Notes under the pieces: model-generated
The model's input: the letters and a program-made list of their open reading frames with translations, nothing else
What the model was told of the DNA's origin: nothing
Databases searched by the model: none
Shown here: piece by piece, positions 62,635 through 64,000 of the stretch
Layout: the number at the start of each line of letters is the position of its first letter
Position numbering within the stretch: position 1 is the stretch's first letter
Program-made: the position numbers and the translations under genes
Assembly: GCF_036321535.1 (NCBI RefSeq)
Contig: NC_087437.1
Coordinates: 27,654,001-27,718,000 of the forward strand
Origin: Camelus dromedarius
Taxonomy: Eukaryota
DNA length: 64,000 nucleotides
Direction of reading: 5' to 3'

Positions 62635-62868
62635 TAGGATTGCCGAATAAAATACAGGACTCCCAATTAGTTTGAGTTTCAGGTAAACAGTGATTAACTC
62701 TTTAGCAGAATTATGTCCCAAATACTGTGTGGGACATACTTCTACTAAATGCAGTATTTGTCCCATACAGTATTTGGGACATACTTAGAACTAAAAAATT
62801 GTTATTTATCTGAAATTCACATTTAGCTGGGCATTCTGTGTTTTCATTTGCTAAATCTAGTAACCCTA
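62635..62868. mobile_element. MER53 palindromic hAT MITE with duplicated core
   Basis: TIRs taggattgcc...tagtaacccta, aaatacaggactcccaattagtttgagtttcag / tctgaaattcacatttagctgggc arms, core tatgtcccaaata..tgggacatact. Confidence 0.85.
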
Positions 62869-64000
62869 GCTGTAATCCCAGGTTACTTTCAGCCGTATTG
62901 GCAAGCTCTGAGGAGGAAATAGATACCGTACTCGTATTGGGTTATTGAGTTTTTAGAATACTGTTTGTAGAGGTATGGGCAGGGTTAAGGGAAACTAGGA
63001 GTGATGAAACAGCCAGGGCTGGAAGCAGTTACTACCCCCAGCCCCAGTGGGGCAAGAAGAGGGAGAGAAATGGAGAGGGCTGCTGACAGGAGCCGTGGCC
63101 GTCCCAGGGTGACATGCATTCCACCAGCACCGACCCAACAGAGAGGAAATTGGCAAAAAAAAAACAAAACTATTCTGCTTCCTCCCGACTGCACTCTGCT
63201 CCCGCCCTGCAGTCTCCTGGGAGTGCCCCGCCCCACTGGGGGTCAGCTCTCTGGACCCACAGCCTCCTGAACAGAGGTGGGGGGGGGCGCTGTGGAGGTA
63301 AGTGGGGAAGTAGTGCCATTAATTCCGATGTGTATCTGGGTAAGTTTGCCTTGCATCGGAGCACATCCTTTGTGATGACAATCCTAAGCCAGGCAGGAAG
63401 AAGGGGGAGGGACAGAAGGGAAGAAAGAAGGAAGAAGAGTGACAGTGTGAAATTTGAAGGGTAAGGGAAAAAAGTAAATCAGCACTATTGATGATTTTAA
63501 TCAAAGGTAATTTTGCTTCTACCAGGTAGGTTTTCCCCCCTTTGGAATAACCACCACGATTATTGTATCAGTTCACTGGCTAGAACCAGGCACGCGGGCC
63601 CTCACCTCACGACCCTGGGGGTGAGTGCCTCCTTAACATGTGTGTCCTCTGGGGCCTCGCTGGGCTCACGCTGCCTGGCCTCCATCCTCCATCAGGCCGG
63701 AGGGCACAGTCCAGATGAGTCCTAGACCCAGGCCCCTGCTCTCCTCTCATGCAGGACCTGCCTGAGGTGCTTGACCAAACCCTCCCACCAGACAGCTTTC
63801 ACTTTGCTGACGCACATGGTTTGTAACGTGGTGATACTAACCAGCCGCCTGGTGAAGGGGGAGGTAACAAGGATATCTGAACCCCTGGGCGCCGCTGGAC
63901 TCCTTCCTCAGGGCTTTTCCAGGAAATGCCACGTCACCACCCTGAGATGGGTTTTGGAAGGGACTGGGCACTTTCAGATGATGCCCAGGTGGTGACCGGG

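Noticed and set aside
1..64000. Prokaryote-type systems (CRISPR arrays, operons, defence islands) or a wholly novel gene system
   Set aside because: The window is spliced mammalian gene sequence. I saw no regularly spaced repeat-spacer array, and no long ORF unexplained by MED12L exons or L1.
54683..64000. Exons of the neighbouring antisense gene IGSF10 or P2Y receptor coding exons
   Set aside because: I saw no Ig-domain or 7-TM ORF on the minus strand anywhere in the window.

Overview
Mammalian genomic DNA, probably a camelid (a Vic-1-like tRNA-derived SINE is present). The window lies inside MED12L (Mediator kinase-module subunit 12-like) on the + strand. I traced 26 consecutive internal coding exons from 3439 to 54682. 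They total 4001 nt and splice into one uninterrupted frame from ...[10 protein letters not shown]... to ...QAMQPQQPL. The start and the last exons lie outside the window. The introns hold ordinary interspersed repeats (L1, L2, MIR, MER3/MER5/MER53, MLT1) and microsatellites. The most notable hidden element is a short non-coding minus-strand exon at ~30942-31006, with a donor site and an ETS/PU.1-C/EBP-GATA motif cluster upstream. It matches my recollection of the 5'-UTR first exon of P2RY12, so it would be an antisense gene promoter nested in an 818-bp MED12L intron. Other oddities: a GC-AG intron with a competing in-frame GT donor, an exon that begins with a perfect AG|GTGAGT recursive-splice-like motif, a NAGNAG acceptor, a 3'-truncated L1 ORF2 fragment with a perfect 19-bp target-site duplication, and a MER53 palindrome with an inverted duplication of its core. 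I found no evidence of a genuinely new biological system. Gene and repeat names come from recognition, not from database searches.
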